Origin: Octopus sinensis
Taxonomy: Eukaryota
NCBI RefSeq assembly: GCF_006345805.1
Contig: NC_043020.1
Span: forward strand, 21,948,001 to 22,012,000
Direction of reading: 5' to 3'
DNA: 64,000 nucleotides
Shown: positions 26,926 to 41,169 of the stretch, piece by piece
How positions within the stretch are numbered: the first letter of the stretch is position 1
Layout: each line of letters opens with the position of its first letter
Notes under the pieces: model-generated
Seen by the model: only the letters and a program-made list of their open reading frames with translations
What the model was told of the DNA's origin: nothing
Database searches by the model: none
Translations under genes and position numbers: made by a program

Positions 26926-27020
<95 letters not shown>

Positions 27021-27021
<1 letters not shown>

Positions 27022-27543
27022 GAGTGAGAGAGCAGTGCATCCCATCTGGGGCAAAAATATACAAAGCCCAGTATAGCCATCATGACTATCCGTCTGATAA
27101 GGGTACTCTAGGCACATGCATCACAACCATATATGCGCGACATGGTGATCTCCTATCAAGATAAACAGCACATGACCTTGCAGGTGGGGCCCAGTTAGAA
27201 TTTTCTTCTGGTCGAGTAGCTCATCTTGCTCAAAAGGTCCCCGAATAATGGTTGTTTGAGGATGTTGAACGAAACACCCATGTTTCCAGAGGTAAATTAT
27301 TCAAACACCAAAGAATCCCTCTAAACACATGGCTATAATGCTCCCCCACTACTTCTGCTCGTGATTAGAGCTACACATATCGTCAGCCACTAAGAGATAT
27401 GCTCAACTGGTTAGGTCAAACAACTGACAAGCAAATCTGTGGTATTGAGCAGAATATTTGCTGTAGCCTATCTTTTACACCAAGACAAAACAATGTACAT
27501 GATAGCACTTCCAATCAGTTAAGATCAGAAGCCATGAGAGCCT
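27021..27543 (-). mobile_element. Non-coding (TAA)n-inserted element (about 560 bp), copy 1, truncated
   Basis: Homologous to 31774-32425 and 45614-46181; flanked by trinucleotide repeats. Confidence 0.85.
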
Positions 27544-27642
<99 letters not shown>

Positions 27643-27680
27643 GTCATTATTTATTATTTTTGTTGTTGTTGTTGTTGTTG

Positions 27681-27734
<54 letters not shown>

Positions 27735-27739
27735 TATTA

Positions 27740-30700
27740 TTCAGTAGTTTATTTTTATAGCGTGCTTTCACTTCACTACCGAGCGCAGCTCTGTGTGCCT
27801 TAGGTATGTGCTGTGATTTGTTGTGATGCTCTGATGGTTATTGTATGGAAAGTGTTCTGCGTAGGATGTGTGCAGTGCCTAGTAGTGCAATTTTCTGTAT
27901 GTTATGTGTTTGTAAGTCCTGGTGTTTTTGTTATGTATTTGTCTGAATATTTTTATCATGCCTAATGCACCTACTATGATAGGAATTGTTTCTGTTTTTA
28001 GATTCCACATTCTGGTTACCTCTATTTCCAGGTCTTTGTATTTTGAAAGTTTCTCCATTTCTTTTAGAGACACGTTGTCATCTGCCGGTATTGATACATC
28101 AATTAGAAAGCATTTTTTTTCTTCATGATCTCTGACAACTATATCTGGTCTGTGGCCTTAATTTCTCTATCTGTGTGTATCGGCATATCCCAGACTATGG
28201 TTGCTTTCTCGTTTTCTGTGACCTTTTCTGGTGTGTGCCTATACCATCTTTTTCTGTTGTTATTCCATAATGTTGGCATAGCTTCCAGTGTATGTAGGTT
28301 CCAACTCTGTCATGTCTGTGAATATTTCCTTCTTAGCCAGGACTGGGCAGCCAGAGATAATATGATTTATTGCTTCTTGTCCATCACCACATATTCTGCA
28401 GTTACTTGTAATATTTCTTTCATTACATGTTTTTGGTAATTCTGGTGGGGAGGCTTTGGTCTTGTGTGCTGGCAATTAAAAATCCTCTGTCTCTGCTTTG
28501 AGTCCTGAGTTTCTCAACCATTGCTGGGATTTTCTTTGTCTATTTCTTTTGCGTTTATTTAGTCCAGTATTTACCATGAAGGGGCTTTTCTTGCCATCGT
28601 TTTATCATGGTTTCGTTGCTGTTCTGTTTTTAGTTTGGATTTCATTTGTTTTATAGCTTTTGTTATTTCTTCATCTTCTCCTTCTTCTTCTTCATATTTA
28701 TTAGGTGGTATGATTTTTTGTTTGTATTTGTCAGCTTCCTTAAATACTGAGAATAGTTTTTTTTGTTTTGCTCGTGTTTTGCCGCTATTTGTATCACTTT
28801 TCCTTCCTTCTGAAGTAGATATTTTTGCAGTCCAATAGTGGTTATTTTATAGTAGTTTTCCAGCTGTATTTTCTACCGCCTTCTATACGTTGTATATATA
28901 GTCTTTCTATGTCAGATTTTGGGTGATGCATCCTAGATCCTGTCATTAATTTTCTTGTTTTCCTATCTATTTTGGTCAGTTCATTTAGTGTCCAGTTAAG
29001 GATATTGTAGCTGTAACTTATAACTGGAACAGCTAAAGTGTTAATACCTATTATCTTGTTTTTAGCATTGAGCTCTGTGTTTAGTATTGATCTAACTCGT
29101 CTATAATATTCTTTTTTTATTTTCTCTTTCATTTGTGTGTGTTGTGTCTTATCTAGTTCATGGATTCCTAAGTATTTGTAAGTTTGGCTTTGGTCTAATT
29201 CTTTTATTTCATTGGTTTTATCTAGTGTGATGTTACTACTCTTAACTAGTTTTCCTGTTTTCATGGTTACTTTGGCGCATTTTCTAATCCAAATTCATCT
29301 TTCTTTCTTTGGTAAATCCATGAACTGTCTTTAATAGTGTTTCCAGCTGTTTGTCATTTGCAGCGTATAGTTTTAGGTCATCCATATATAAACGGTGGCT
29401 GACCGTTTTGCCGTAACATTTTATCCGCATCCAGTTCTATTTAGCATATCAGATAGAGGTGACAGTGCCAAGCAGAAAAGGAGTGGAGAGAGCGTGTCTC
29501 CCTGGAATATTCCTATTCTAATGGGGATGGCTTTCGTTTTCATGAGTCCCTCTTTTGTTTGGAGTTGTAGCACGGTTTGCCATTTATTCATAGAGTGCCC
29601 TATGAATTTTATAAGGGTTGGTGCTACTTTGTTAATGGCTAGTGTTTCGAGGATCCATGTGTGGGGTATGCTATCAAACGCCTTTTTGTAGTCGACCCAG
29701 GCCATACTGAGGCCTTTCTTCTTTCTGTGGCTGTCTTCAGTTATGGCTTTATTAATCATTAGTTGATCTTTACAGTCATATGAGCCTTTGCGGCATCCTT
29801 TCTGCTCTTCTGGAAACAGGTTGTTTTCGTCCAAGTGCTTGTTCAACCTTTGCGATATCACTGCAGTAAATGCCTTGTATATTGTAGGGAGTCAGGTTAT
29901 TGGTCTGTAGTTTTCTGGTTTTGCTGTCTCATTTGATTTGGGAATTAAGATGGTTTTCCCCTTCGTGAGCCATTCAGGCATTGTCTCTGGCTCTGCTAGC
30001 ATGCTGTTAAAGTTTTCAGCCAGCTTTTTGTGCATTCCTGTTAGATATTTCAACTAGAAGTTGGGGATCTTGTCATGCCCAGGTGCCTTCCAGTTGCTTA
30101 GTCTTTGCAGTGCCTGGGTGACCTCTACAGTTGTTATGAGGTCCAAAGTTGCTCAGATGCTGGGTTTGTTGTTTTGATAGTTCTTTTTTTTTGGTTGTTC
30201 GTTCGCCGACTATATTTCTCTCCAGAATTCTTCCACTTCTTCTGCTGTTGGTGCTGCAGTGATTTCTATTTTATTTTTGTCAAGTTCTTGGTAGAACTTT
30301 TTGGGTTTGGAGTTGAACTTTTTGTTTTGTTCAAAGAAGCGCTGGCGTTTCTCGTACCGGCGGATCCTTTGTGCTTTGGCAAGAATATCTTGCTTCAGCT
30401 TTTCTTTTATCTCAGGTAAATCTTTTTCTGTGATGTTATATTTGCGGAGTATTTTTGTTTTCTTTTTGTTGCTCAGTAGCGTTGATTGTCTACTGATTTC
30501 ATTAAGAATCGACAGATCTTTTCTCATTTTTTGTATTTTGTTTTGGATGTTATTTATCCACAGGGTTTGTTTGGGTGGTGGTACTCCTGTTTGGACGGGT
30601 TTGAGTGAGTATCCAGCTTCTTTTGTGGCTGCAGTGGCTGCTGCGTATACTAAGTCATTTAGCTTAGTGATATCGCCTTTTGTTTCAGTGGCTACTAGTT

Positions 30701-31633
30701 CAGTGACGGCTAGGTTTATGCTGTTTATAATTGGTGTTGTTGTTTCGTCTATTTTGATTTTTGGGAGATATGGTCGGTGGTCAAATGGACTGTGCTCTGT
30801 GGTTTTTAGTTCTTTGATTATTTTACTTTTTATATTATCTTAATCATTAGGCTCCCCTTTGTTGTTTCTAGGTTTTAGATTTGTGTCGCTTTCTTTCTTA
30901 TTTATATGTTTGTTTGCCGTGTTTTGGCTTGCTGTTTGTCGTGTATTATTGTGCATCCTTACGGTCTGGGTTTGTTGTTTTTTATTTATATCGTGTTTGT
31001 TGGGAATGTTACGTTTGTCTTCGTGTTTTACTGTTTCAGTGTTTATATTAATGGGCATCGTTGTGTGGCTTCTATCTACATTTTCCTGGAGTATTTTTTC
31101 TTTTAGATGTTCTATTTCTATTTCTTTTTTTTTTTTTTTGCTTTGAGAATGTATCTTCGTACGTTAGCTATTTTATTAGGGTTCATTGCTGTATCCAAGT
31201 CTATATTTATGTTATTTTCCTTCCATATTTTATATGTATGTGTTGTTGTGTTTACATTTTTGGGGTAGAGCACTGCTGTGAAGTATGCGTGTAGGATAGA
31301 AATGTATTCCTCACGTGTCCATTTATGTCTTTTGGGTTTTTTCTGCGGGACATGAGGAACCACGTCCGGCCCATTATTTTGACGGTCGTCATTTTCGTAG
31401 GGTACCGGTCCGTTCATTTCTGTTGTCACATTGTTTTGCACGTGTAGTTTTTCGTACATTTTGTGTTGTAAGTTTAAAGTACGTAACTCCCGATTGTTAT
31501 TCTTGGGTTGAATAATATCGGTGGTATTTAATTTCTTCGTAGTTCCTTTGTACATGGTGTTTGGGGTCGGGGATGAACTGGTGTTGATGGATCGTAATGT
31601 TTCACGCATGTTTACATGTGTTGTGTTAGAGGT
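27740..31633 (-). mobile_element. R4/Dong-like non-LTR retrotransposon (family D1), near full length, frameshifted
   Basis: RT motifs EQKG, DYKKAFDSIPH, GIFQGDTLSP, YMDDL, YKYLG; CCHC CRIC..H...C; PD-type RLE region; both ends in (TAA)n. Confidence 0.9.
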
Positions 31634-31700
31634 ATTATTATTATTATATTATTATTATTACTATTATTATTATTATTATTATTTTTTATTATTATTATTA

Positions 31701-31735
<35 letters not shown>

Positions 31736-31773
31736 TATTATTATTATTATTATTATTATATTATTATTATTAT

Positions 31774-32425
31774 TGAGTGAGAGAGCAGTGCATGCCATCA
31801 AAGTGACACTGGGGTAAAATATACGAAGCCCAATATACCCATCATGACTACCCGTCTGATAAGGGTACATCAGGCACATGCATCACAACCATATGTGCGC
31901 GACATGGTGATCTTATAAAAAGATAAACAGCACATGACCTTGCAGGTGGGGCCCAGTTAGAATTTTCTTTAGGTTGAGTAGCCCATCCCCCTCAAAAGGT
32001 CCCTGAATAATGGTTGTTTAAGGATGTTGAAAGAACCACCCATGTTTCCAGAGGTGAATTATTCAAACCCCAAAGAATCCCTCTCTACACATGGCTATGA
32101 TGCTCCCCCACTACTTCTGCTCGTGATCAGAGATGCACATATCGTCAGCCACTAAGGGACATGCTCAACTGGTTAAGGTCAAACAGCTCACAAGCAAATC
32201 TGTGGTATTGAGCAGAATATTTGCTGTAGCCCATCTTTTATACCAAGACAAAACAATGTACATGATAACATTTCCAATTAGTTAAGAACAGAAGCCATGA
32301 GAGCCACTGCCTGGTACTGCATCAGGGCATCTTACTGCATCAGGGCATTTATACTGTATCAGGGCATTGGTACTGCATCAGGCATTGGTATTGCATCAGG
32401 CATTGGTACTGCTGCATCAGGGCAT
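31774..32425 (-). mobile_element. Non-coding (TAA)n-inserted element, copy 2, with reiterated terminus
   Basis: Same sequence as copies 1 and 3; about 6 tandem GGTACTGCATCAGGGCATT-like units at 32312-32425. Confidence 0.85.
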
Positions 32426-32444
32426 TTTATTATTATTATTATTA

Positions 32445-35095
32445 CTTTTTTTCTTCTTTCAAATTTGCTTCCATTTCTTGCTGAGTGTCTTCCCGACTCC
32501 TAGGGCAAAGAAACTCATAGTATACATTGGTAGGCCATTAAACCAAACTCAATAGTTCGTTCATTTTTTTTTTAAGTTGAATTAAAATACATGAGCAGCA
32601 ACAGTTCTCACATCGACAATGCTCTTCTCAATACGTGTGATGTACCAGTTAAGACAATGCAGGGATGGTAAGCCAGGGATCATTCTCATATAATTTTCGG
32701 TTCCCTTCTTGATCATTCCTAGTGCTCCTACGATCACTGGTATTGTAACCGCCTTGAGATGCCACATTTTCTCAATTTCAATGAGTAGGTCTTTATATTT
32801 TCTGAGCTTGTCAAACTCTTTTGCTGAGATATTATGATCACAGGGGATACTCATGTCGATCAATAAGCAAACTTTATTGTTTTGGTCTTTCACAACAATA
32901 TCTGGTTTATTGGCCTTGATGGTTCGGTCTGTATGTACTGGAAAGTCCCACAGAATGGTTACATTTTCTCCTTCAGTTACAGCCTCAGGGTGGTGATTAT
33001 ACCACTTGTCGGCAGTTTTGATATTGTAATGCCGACTTATTAGCCAATGTAGATATTGGCCAACTCTGTCATGTCTTAATTTATACTCCACTGGTGCTAA
33101 GACTTTACATCCAGAGATTAGGTGGTCCACTGTTTCAATCATATCGTTGCAGAATCGGCATTTTGGGTCTGCTCCATTTTTCATCACATTGGCCTGGTTT
33201 GCTGCGGGTCACATATTTGCCGTGCAGAGGTTTCTCCTCCCACCTATCAGCCAATTGCTCATGCGCTTTTTTCGTTGCCATTATTTTCACCTTCTTTGCA
33301 ACAATAGTTGCCGTACTTCCCTCGAGTTGTTCAGTTTGGTAGGATTCTTCAGTTTGTATAATCCAGTCTGCATTTATGTTGTACGTCTTCTTGTCACTCC
33401 AAATCCTTTTCCAAAAGTTTTGAACTTCTTCCATGGGAGGGGGGTCTTTAACGGTTACTTTCTCCTTCCCTATTTCTCTGTAGAATTTTTTGGCATTGGA
33501 TGTGAACAGCTTATTTTGCTTGTAAAACTTGTTTCTCTTCTCAAATCTTCGTATTTGGGCTTTTGCTTGGACTTTTTGTTTCAGCGTTTCTTTTATTGAT
33601 ATCAGTTCTTCTCTTGGTGAGGATCCAAATTTTTTCTTCATCTTTCTTCTTGTTCTGGATCTTACATCATTTCCACATATTAGTTCATTTAATATTGATA
33701 TTTCCCCTCTCATAAATTCAATCTCTTTTTCAATTTTACTTCTCCAGTTTGATTTCTTCCTAGGTTTGGTCTTCTTTGTTTTTTCGGGGGCACACGGCTG
33801 GTTTCAATTGCCCTAGCAGAAGCGTAAATAATTTCATTTAACTCAGTAAAATCAGGTTTTAATTCTCGTATTATTTTATTTGTTACATAGTTGCCAATTT
33901 GGATTTGTTTTTTATTTTGGTTTGTATTTGAGAGTTTATGAAGTGGTTCTCTATCATTCATACTTGTATGTCTTACAACTTCAAGCGTATTCAGGATTTT
34001 CTGCCTCATTTCTGCCATAGACTCTCTGTGTTCTTCAGTAAATGCGAGATCTTCAGTTACTGTTGTTTTTTCGTTTTCCTGGCTATCTTTAACAGGTACA
34101 ATAGAATTTCTTGTATCTTCAGGCGTTTGCGTACTTTGGTCAGATGGCAGTCTTTCAATTAAGCCTCGTGGCAGGATATACCGTTCATCTGATTCTTCAT
34201 TTCCTTTGTGTCTTATATTTATGTCATTTTCCGTTGCGCGCTTATTTCACTGTCTGTGAGTCTGTTATTTCTAAGGATATCCCTCCTCACATTTGCTAAT
34301 TTGTTCTCGTCCAAATAGGGCCTACTGTCTTGATTCCGTGTTCTCCATATACTGTAAGAGTTTGCAGTGTGTCTCTCTTGAGATGGCCTACCTAATGCAT
34401 AGTAATAAGCGTATATTACTTCTTTATACTCTTCTCGGGTCCATTTGTTCCGCTTATATTTTTCTTTCTGTGGTGGTTGTGGTGGTGAACTTGGAGGGCT
34501 CGAGTTGGGGGATTTCCCGTTCAAGTGACCATCCATGTCCGTATTCGGAGAAGAGTTTGTGCCAGTTGATGACTTTTCGATCCCAGGCTGGCTCTTCCCT
34601 GGGGGACGCGCTTCCAGATTAACCATAGGACAAGCGATTTGGTATACTGATTTAGTTTTCCTTTTAGTTTCCAAAAACATTTTGGTGCTACGATAATGTT
34701 ATCATTTTTTAGCTTTGATTGGCTCGTAGGTAGACGGCCATCATTGCCGTTACAATTATAATCGTACCATTATAGCAGCCGTAGTCGGCTTATTATTGTT
34801 ATTATCATCACCATTACCATCACTATCATCATTATCACCACCATTACCATCATCATTATCATCATCACCATCACCACCATCATCATCAATGATATTGTTT
34901 TATGTGTAGTCACAGCAGTATCTTATTATTGTTATTTTTGTTTTTTTATCATCATTATCACCATCACAGCAGTGTCTGTCTGTCTCGTTGGCTGGCTTGG
35001 TGGTTGGCTGGCTGACTGTCTTCAACACCAGAGTTCTTGCCTGTCAAATAATACTTTCTTTGTGTTGGTTGGACTCTTTGAGTGTGTGTGTGTAT
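32445..35095 (-). mobile_element. R4/Dong-like LINE (family D2) with the RT domain deleted
   Basis: N-terminus (RNKWTREEYK..LANVRRDI), then FWKRIW joined directly to the C-terminus KPLHGKY, CRFC..HLISGC, ILWDF..KPDIVV; no YxDD region. Confidence 0.85.
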
Positions 35096-35702
35096 GTGTA
35101 GATAGATAGATAGATTATCAGCACTATTACTATCATTATTATCATCATCACCATCATCACCATCACCATTAGTGATATTTTTTTTTTTTTTTTAGGTGGG
35201 GTGCTATCGGTTAAAAAAAAAGTTCAGATGTTTACTACGATTAGGCTTAAGAAAAATTAAGGAAGGGCTGTTCTGTATTGTTTGTGAATAGAGAAGTTGT
35301 GTTCGACCAGAGAGAATCTTAGCATCATCATTTTTTTTTTCCATGTGCGTTTGTGTTGTTGCAATAAAAAGTGTTTGTATATTTCCTGTGAGGTAATATT
35401 GTGGAGGTTGAAGTTGACTTTTCTAGAGATGTTTGTATGTCCAGTTAGAAGAACAGGTGTGTTTTTACAATAAAAAGTATATGTTTACATTTATATTTGA
35501 ATATTCAGGGAGGAAGCAAAGAAAAGTCAGATTTTCATAGAAAGTTTTAGGGTTTTGTAAGTCCACAAAAAGAAAAGCGTGATGTTTTTAGAGAGAAGAA
35601 AAAAAAAGGATGTTTACAGAGGCAATTGTGGGTATCAAAGTTTTAAATTGGTCGAATGTATGATTGAAAACTGTAGATATGTAAATTTGTAAATTTTCTT
35701 AA

Positions 35703-38700
35703 CTTATTTTGAAGGGCTGTTCTGTATTATTTGTGAATAGAGAAGCTGTGTTCGACCAGAGAGAGTCTTAGCATCATTATTTTTTCTATGTGCGTTTGTG
35801 TTATTGCAATAAAAAGTGTTTTGTATATTTCGTGCTTTTTGAAGGGCTGTTCTGTATTATTTGTGAATAGAGAAGCTGTGTTCGACCAGAGAGAATCTTA
35901 GCATCATTATTTTTTCTATGTGCGTTTGTGTTATTGCAATAAAAAGTGTTTGTATATTTCGTGCTTATTTTGAAGGGCTGTTCTGTATTATTTGTGAATA
36001 GAGAAGCTGTGTCCGACCAGAGAGAATCTTAGCATCATTATTTTTTCTATGTGCGTTTGTGTTATTGCAATAAAAAGTGTTTGTATATTTCGTGCTTATT
36101 TTGAAGGGCTGTTCTGTATTATTTGTGAATAGAGAAGCTGTGTTCGACCAGAGAGAGTCTTAGCATCATTATTTTTTCTATGTGCGTTTGTGTTATTGCA
36201 ATAAAAAGTGTTTGTATATTTCGTGCTTATTTTGAAGGGCTGTTCTGTATTATTTGTGAATAGAGAAGCTGTGTTCGACCAGAGAGAATCTTAGCATCAT
36301 TATTTTTTCTATGTGCGTTTGTGTTATTGCAATAAAAAGTGTTTGTATATTTCGTGCTTATTTTGAAGGGCTGTTCTGTATTATTTGTGAATAGAGAAGC
36401 TGTTCCGACCAGAGAGAATCTTAGCATCATTATTTTTTCTATGTGCGTTTGTTTTATTGCAATAAAAAGTGTTTGTATATTTCGTGCTTATTTTGAAGGG
36501 CTGTTTTGTATTATTTGTGAATAGAGAAGCTGTGTTCGACCAGAGAGAATCTTAGCATCATTATTTTTTTCCTGTGCGTTTGTGTTATTGCAATAAAAAG
36601 TGTTTGTATATTTCGTGCTTATTTTGAAGGGCTGTTCTGTATTATTTGTGAATAGAGAAGCCTGTGTCGACCAGGGAGAAGCTTAGCATCATTATTTTTT
36701 CTTATGTGCGTTTGTGTTATTGCAATAAAAAGTGTTTTTGTAATTTCGTGCTTATTTTGAAGGCTGTTCTGTATTATTTGTGAATAGAGAAGCTGTGTCC
36801 GACCAGAGAGAATCTTAGCATCATTATTTTTTCTATGTGCGTTTGTGTTATTGCAATAAAAAGTGTTTGTATATTTCGTGCTTATTTTGAAGGGCTGTTC
36901 TGTATTATTTGTGAATAGAGAAGCTGTGTTCGACCAGAGAGAATCTTAGCATCATTATTTTTTCTATGTGCGTTTGTGTTATTGCAATAAAAAGTGTTTG
37001 TATATTTCGTGCTTATTTTGAAGGGCTGTTCTGTATTTTTGTGAATAGAGAAGCTGTGTTCGACCAGAGAGAATTTAGCATCCATTATTTTTTCTATGTG
37101 CGTTTGTGTTATTGCAATAAAAAGTGTTTGTATATTTCGTGTTATTTTGAGGGCTGTTCTGTATTATTTGTGAATAGAGAAGCTGTGTGTCGACCAGAGA
37201 GAAGTCTAAGCATCATTATTTTTTCTATGTGCGTTTGTGTTATTGCAATAAAAAGTGTTTGTATATTTCGTGCTTATTTTGAAGGGCTGTTCTGTATTAT
37301 TTGTGAATAGAGAAGCTGTGTTCGACCAGAGAGAATCTTAGCATCATTATTTTTTCTATGTGCGTTTGTGTTATTGCAATAAAAAGTGTTTGTATATTTC
37401 GTGCTTATTTTGAAGGGCTGGTTCTGTATTATTTGGATAGAGAAGCTGTGTGTCCGACCAGAGAGAATCTTAGCATCATTATTTTTTCTATGTGCGTTTG
37501 TGTTATGTGCAATAAAAGTGTTTGTTTATTTTCGTGCTTATTTTGAAGGGGGTTCTGTATTATTTGTGAATAGCGAAGCTGTGTTCGACCAGAGAGAATC
37601 TTAGCATCATTATTTTTTCTATGTGCGTTTGGTTATTGCAATAAAAAGTGTTTGTAATATTTCGTGCTTATTTTGAAGGGCTGTTCTGTATTATTTGTGA
37701 ATAGAGAAGCTGTGTCCGACCAGGGAGAATCTTAGCATCATTATTTTTTCTATGTGCGTTTGTGTTATTGCAATAAAAAGTGTTGTATATTTCGTGCTTA
37801 TTTTGAAGGGCTGTTCTGTATTATTTGTGAATAGAGAAGCTGTGTTCGACCAGAGAGAATCTTAGCATCATTATTTTTTCTATGTGCGTTTGTGTTATTG
37901 CAATAAAAAGTGTTTGTATATTTCGTGCTTATTTTGAAGGGCTGTTCTGTATTATTTGTGAATAGAGAAGCTGTGTTCGACCAGAGAGAATCTTAGCATC
38001 ATTATTTTTTCTATGTGCGTTTGTGTTATTGCAATAAAAAGTGTTTGTATATTTCGTGCTTATTTTGAAGGGCTGTTCTGTATTATTTGTGAATAGAGAA
38101 GCTGTGTTCGACCAGAGAGAGTCTTAGCATCATTATTTTTTCTATGTGCTTATTTTGAAGGGCTGTTCTGTATTATTTGTGAATAGAGAAGCTGTGTTCG
38201 ACGAGAGAGAATCTTAGCATCATTATTTTTTCTATGTGCGTTTGTGTTATTGCAATAAAAAGTGTTTGTATATTTCGTGCTTATTTTGAAGGGCTGTTCT
38301 GTATTATTTGTGAATAGAGAAGCTGTGTTCGACCAGAGAGAATCTTAGCATCATTATTTTTTCTATGTGCGTTTGTGTTATTGCAATAAAAAGTGTTTGT
38401 ATATTTCGTGCTTATTTTGAAGGGCTGTTCTGTATTATTTGTGAATAGAGAAGCTGTGTTCGACCAGAGAGAATCTTAGCATCATTATTTTTTCTATGTG
38501 CGTTTGTGTTATTGCAATAAAAAGTGTTTGTATATTTCGTGCTTATTTTGAAGGGCTGTTCTGTATTATTTGTGAATAGAGAAGCTGTGTTCGACCAGAG
38601 AGAGTCTTAGCATCATTATTTTTTCTATGTGCGTTTGTGTTATTGCAATAAAAAGTGTTTGTATATTTCGTGCTTATTTTGAAGGGCTGTTCTGTATTAT

Positions 38701-39545
38701 TTGTGAATAGAGATGCTGTGTTCGACCAGAGAGAATCTTAGCATCATTATTTTTTCTATGTGCTTATTTTGAAGGGCTGTTCTGTATTATTTGTGAATAG
38801 AGAAGCTGTGTTCGACCAGAGAGAATCTTAGCATCATTATTTTTTCTATGTGCGTTTGTGTTATTGCAATAAAAAGTGTTTGTATATTTCGTGCTTATTT
38901 TGAAGGGCTGTTCTGTATTATTTGTGAATAGAGAAGCTGTGTTCGACCAGAGAGAATCTTAGCATCATTATTTTTTCTATGTGCGTTTGTGTTATTGCAA
39001 TAAAAAGTGTTTGTATATTTCGTGCTTATTTTGAAGGGCTGTTCTGTATTATTTGTGAATAGAGAAGCTGTGTTCGACCAGAGAGATCTTAGCATCATTA
39101 ATTTTTCCATGTGCGTTTGTGTTATTGCAATAAAAAGTGTTTGTATTTTCGTGCTTATTTTGAAGGGCTGTTCTGTATTATTTGTGAATAGAGAAGCTGT
39201 GTCCGACCAGAGAGAATCTTAGCATCATTATTTTTTATGTGCGTTTGTGTTATTGCAACAAAAAGTGTTTGTATATTTCGTGCTTATTTTGAAGGGCTGT
39301 TCTGTATTATTTGTGAATAGAGAAGTTGTGTTCGACCAGAGAGAGTCTTAGCATCATTATTTTTTCTATGTGCGTTTGTGTTATTGCAATAAAAAGTGTT
39401 TGTATATTTCGTGCTTATTTTGAAGGGCTGTTCTGTATTATTTGTGAATAGAGAAGCTGTGTTCGACCAGAGAGAATCTTAGCATCATTATTTTTTCCAT
39501 GTGCGTTTGTTTTATTGCAATAAAAAGTGTTTGTATATTTCGTGC
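35703..39545. repeat. 131-bp satellite array, about 30 units
   Basis: Unit CTTATTTTGAAGGGCTGTTCTG...TATATTTCGTG counted as 131 bp; two 90-bp deletion units near 38148 and 38762. Confidence 0.97.
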
Positions 39546-39619
39546 AAGGTAATATTGTGGAGGTTGAAGTTGACCCCTCTAGAGATGTTTGTATTATTAT
39601 TATTATTATTATTATTATG

Positions 39620-39654
<35 letters not shown>

Positions 39655-39658
<4 letters not shown>

Positions 39659-41085
39659 TAGTTTTATTTTTATAGCGTGCTTTCACTTCACTATGAGCGC
39701 AGCTATGTCTACTTTGGGTATTTGATGTGATGCCCTTATGGTTACTGTATTGAAAGTGTTTTGCGTAGGATGTGTGCAGTTCCCAGCTGTGTAATTTTCT
39801 GTATGTTATATATATTTGTAAGTCCTGGTGTTTTTGTTATGTGTTCTGAATATTTTTTATCATACATAATGCGCCTACTATGATAGGAATTGTTTCTGTT
39901 TTTAGATTCCACGTTCGAGTTACCTCTATTTCCAGGTCTTTGTATTTTGAATGTTTCTCCATTTCTTTTAGAGAAACGTTGTTATCTGCCGGTATTGATA
40001 CATCAATTAGAAAGCATTTTTTTTCTTAATGATCTCTGATAACTATATCTGGCCTATTGGCCTTAATTTCTCTATCTGTGTGTATTGGCATATCCCAGAG
40101 TATGGTTGCTTTCTCGTTTTCTGTGACCTTTTCTGGTGTGTGCCTATACTATCTTTTTTCTGTTGTAATTCCAGTGTTGGCATAGCTTCCAGTGTATGTA
40201 GGTCTCAACTCTGTTGTGTCTGTGAATATATTCCTTCTTAGTCAGGACTGAGCAGCCAGAGATAATATGATTTATTGTTTCTTGTCCATCTCCACATATT
40301 CTGCAGTTACTTTTTATGTTTCTTTTCATTATATGTTTTTGGTCATTTCTGGTGGGGAGGCTTTGGTCTTGTGCTGCAATTAAAAATCCCTCAGTCTCTG
40401 CTGTGAATCCTGAGCTTCTCAACCATTGCTGGGATTTTCCTCTGTCTATTTCTTTTGCATTTAATTTAGCCCAGTATTTGCCATGAAGGGGCTTTTCTTG
40501 CCATCGTTTTATCATGGTCCGTTACTGTTCGAGTTTTAGCTTGGATTTCATTTGTCTTATAGCTTTAGTGGTTTCTTCTTCTTCATATTTGTTAGATAGT
40601 ATGATTTCTTGTTTGTATTTGTCAGCTTCCTTAAATACTGAGAACAATTTTCTGTTTTGCTCGTGTTTTATGGCTACTTGTATTAGCTTTCCTTGCTTCT
40701 GAAGTAGGCATTGTTGCAGTCCTATGGTGGTTATTTTATAATAATTTTCCAGCTGTATAAGGCGTCTACCACCTTCTATACGTTGTATATATAGCCTTTC
40801 TATGTCAGATTTTGGTTGGTACATCCTAGATCCTGTCATTATTTTTCTTGTTTTCCTGTCTATTTTGGTTAGTTCATTTAGTGTCCAGTTAAGGATATTG
40901 TAGCTGCAACCTGGACGGCTAAGGTGTTAATACCTATTATCTTGTTTTTAGCATTGAGCTCTGTGTTTAGTATTGATCTAACTTGTCTATAGTATTCTTT
41001 CTTTATTTTCTCTTTCATTTGTGTGTGTTGTATCAAATCTAGTTCTTGGTTTCCTAAATATTTGTATGTCTGGCTTTAGTCTAAT
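39655..41085 (-). mobile_element. 5'-truncated Dong-like D1 copy
   Basis: Homologous to 27740-29200; same 3' end (AAACTACTGAATAATAA); (TAA)n on both sides. Confidence 0.9.
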
Positions 41086-41087
41086 TA

Positions 41088-41161
<74 letters not shown>

Positions 41162-41169
41162 TATTACTA

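Noticed and set aside
32308-32330. Resemblance of CCTGGTACTGCA to the U2 snRNA 3' stem-loop
   Set aside because: Only about 12 nt similar and no other U2 features.
35703-39545. CRISPR-like regular array
   Set aside because: Units are wholly repeated with no unique spacers, no cas genes and a eukaryotic context; it is a satellite.
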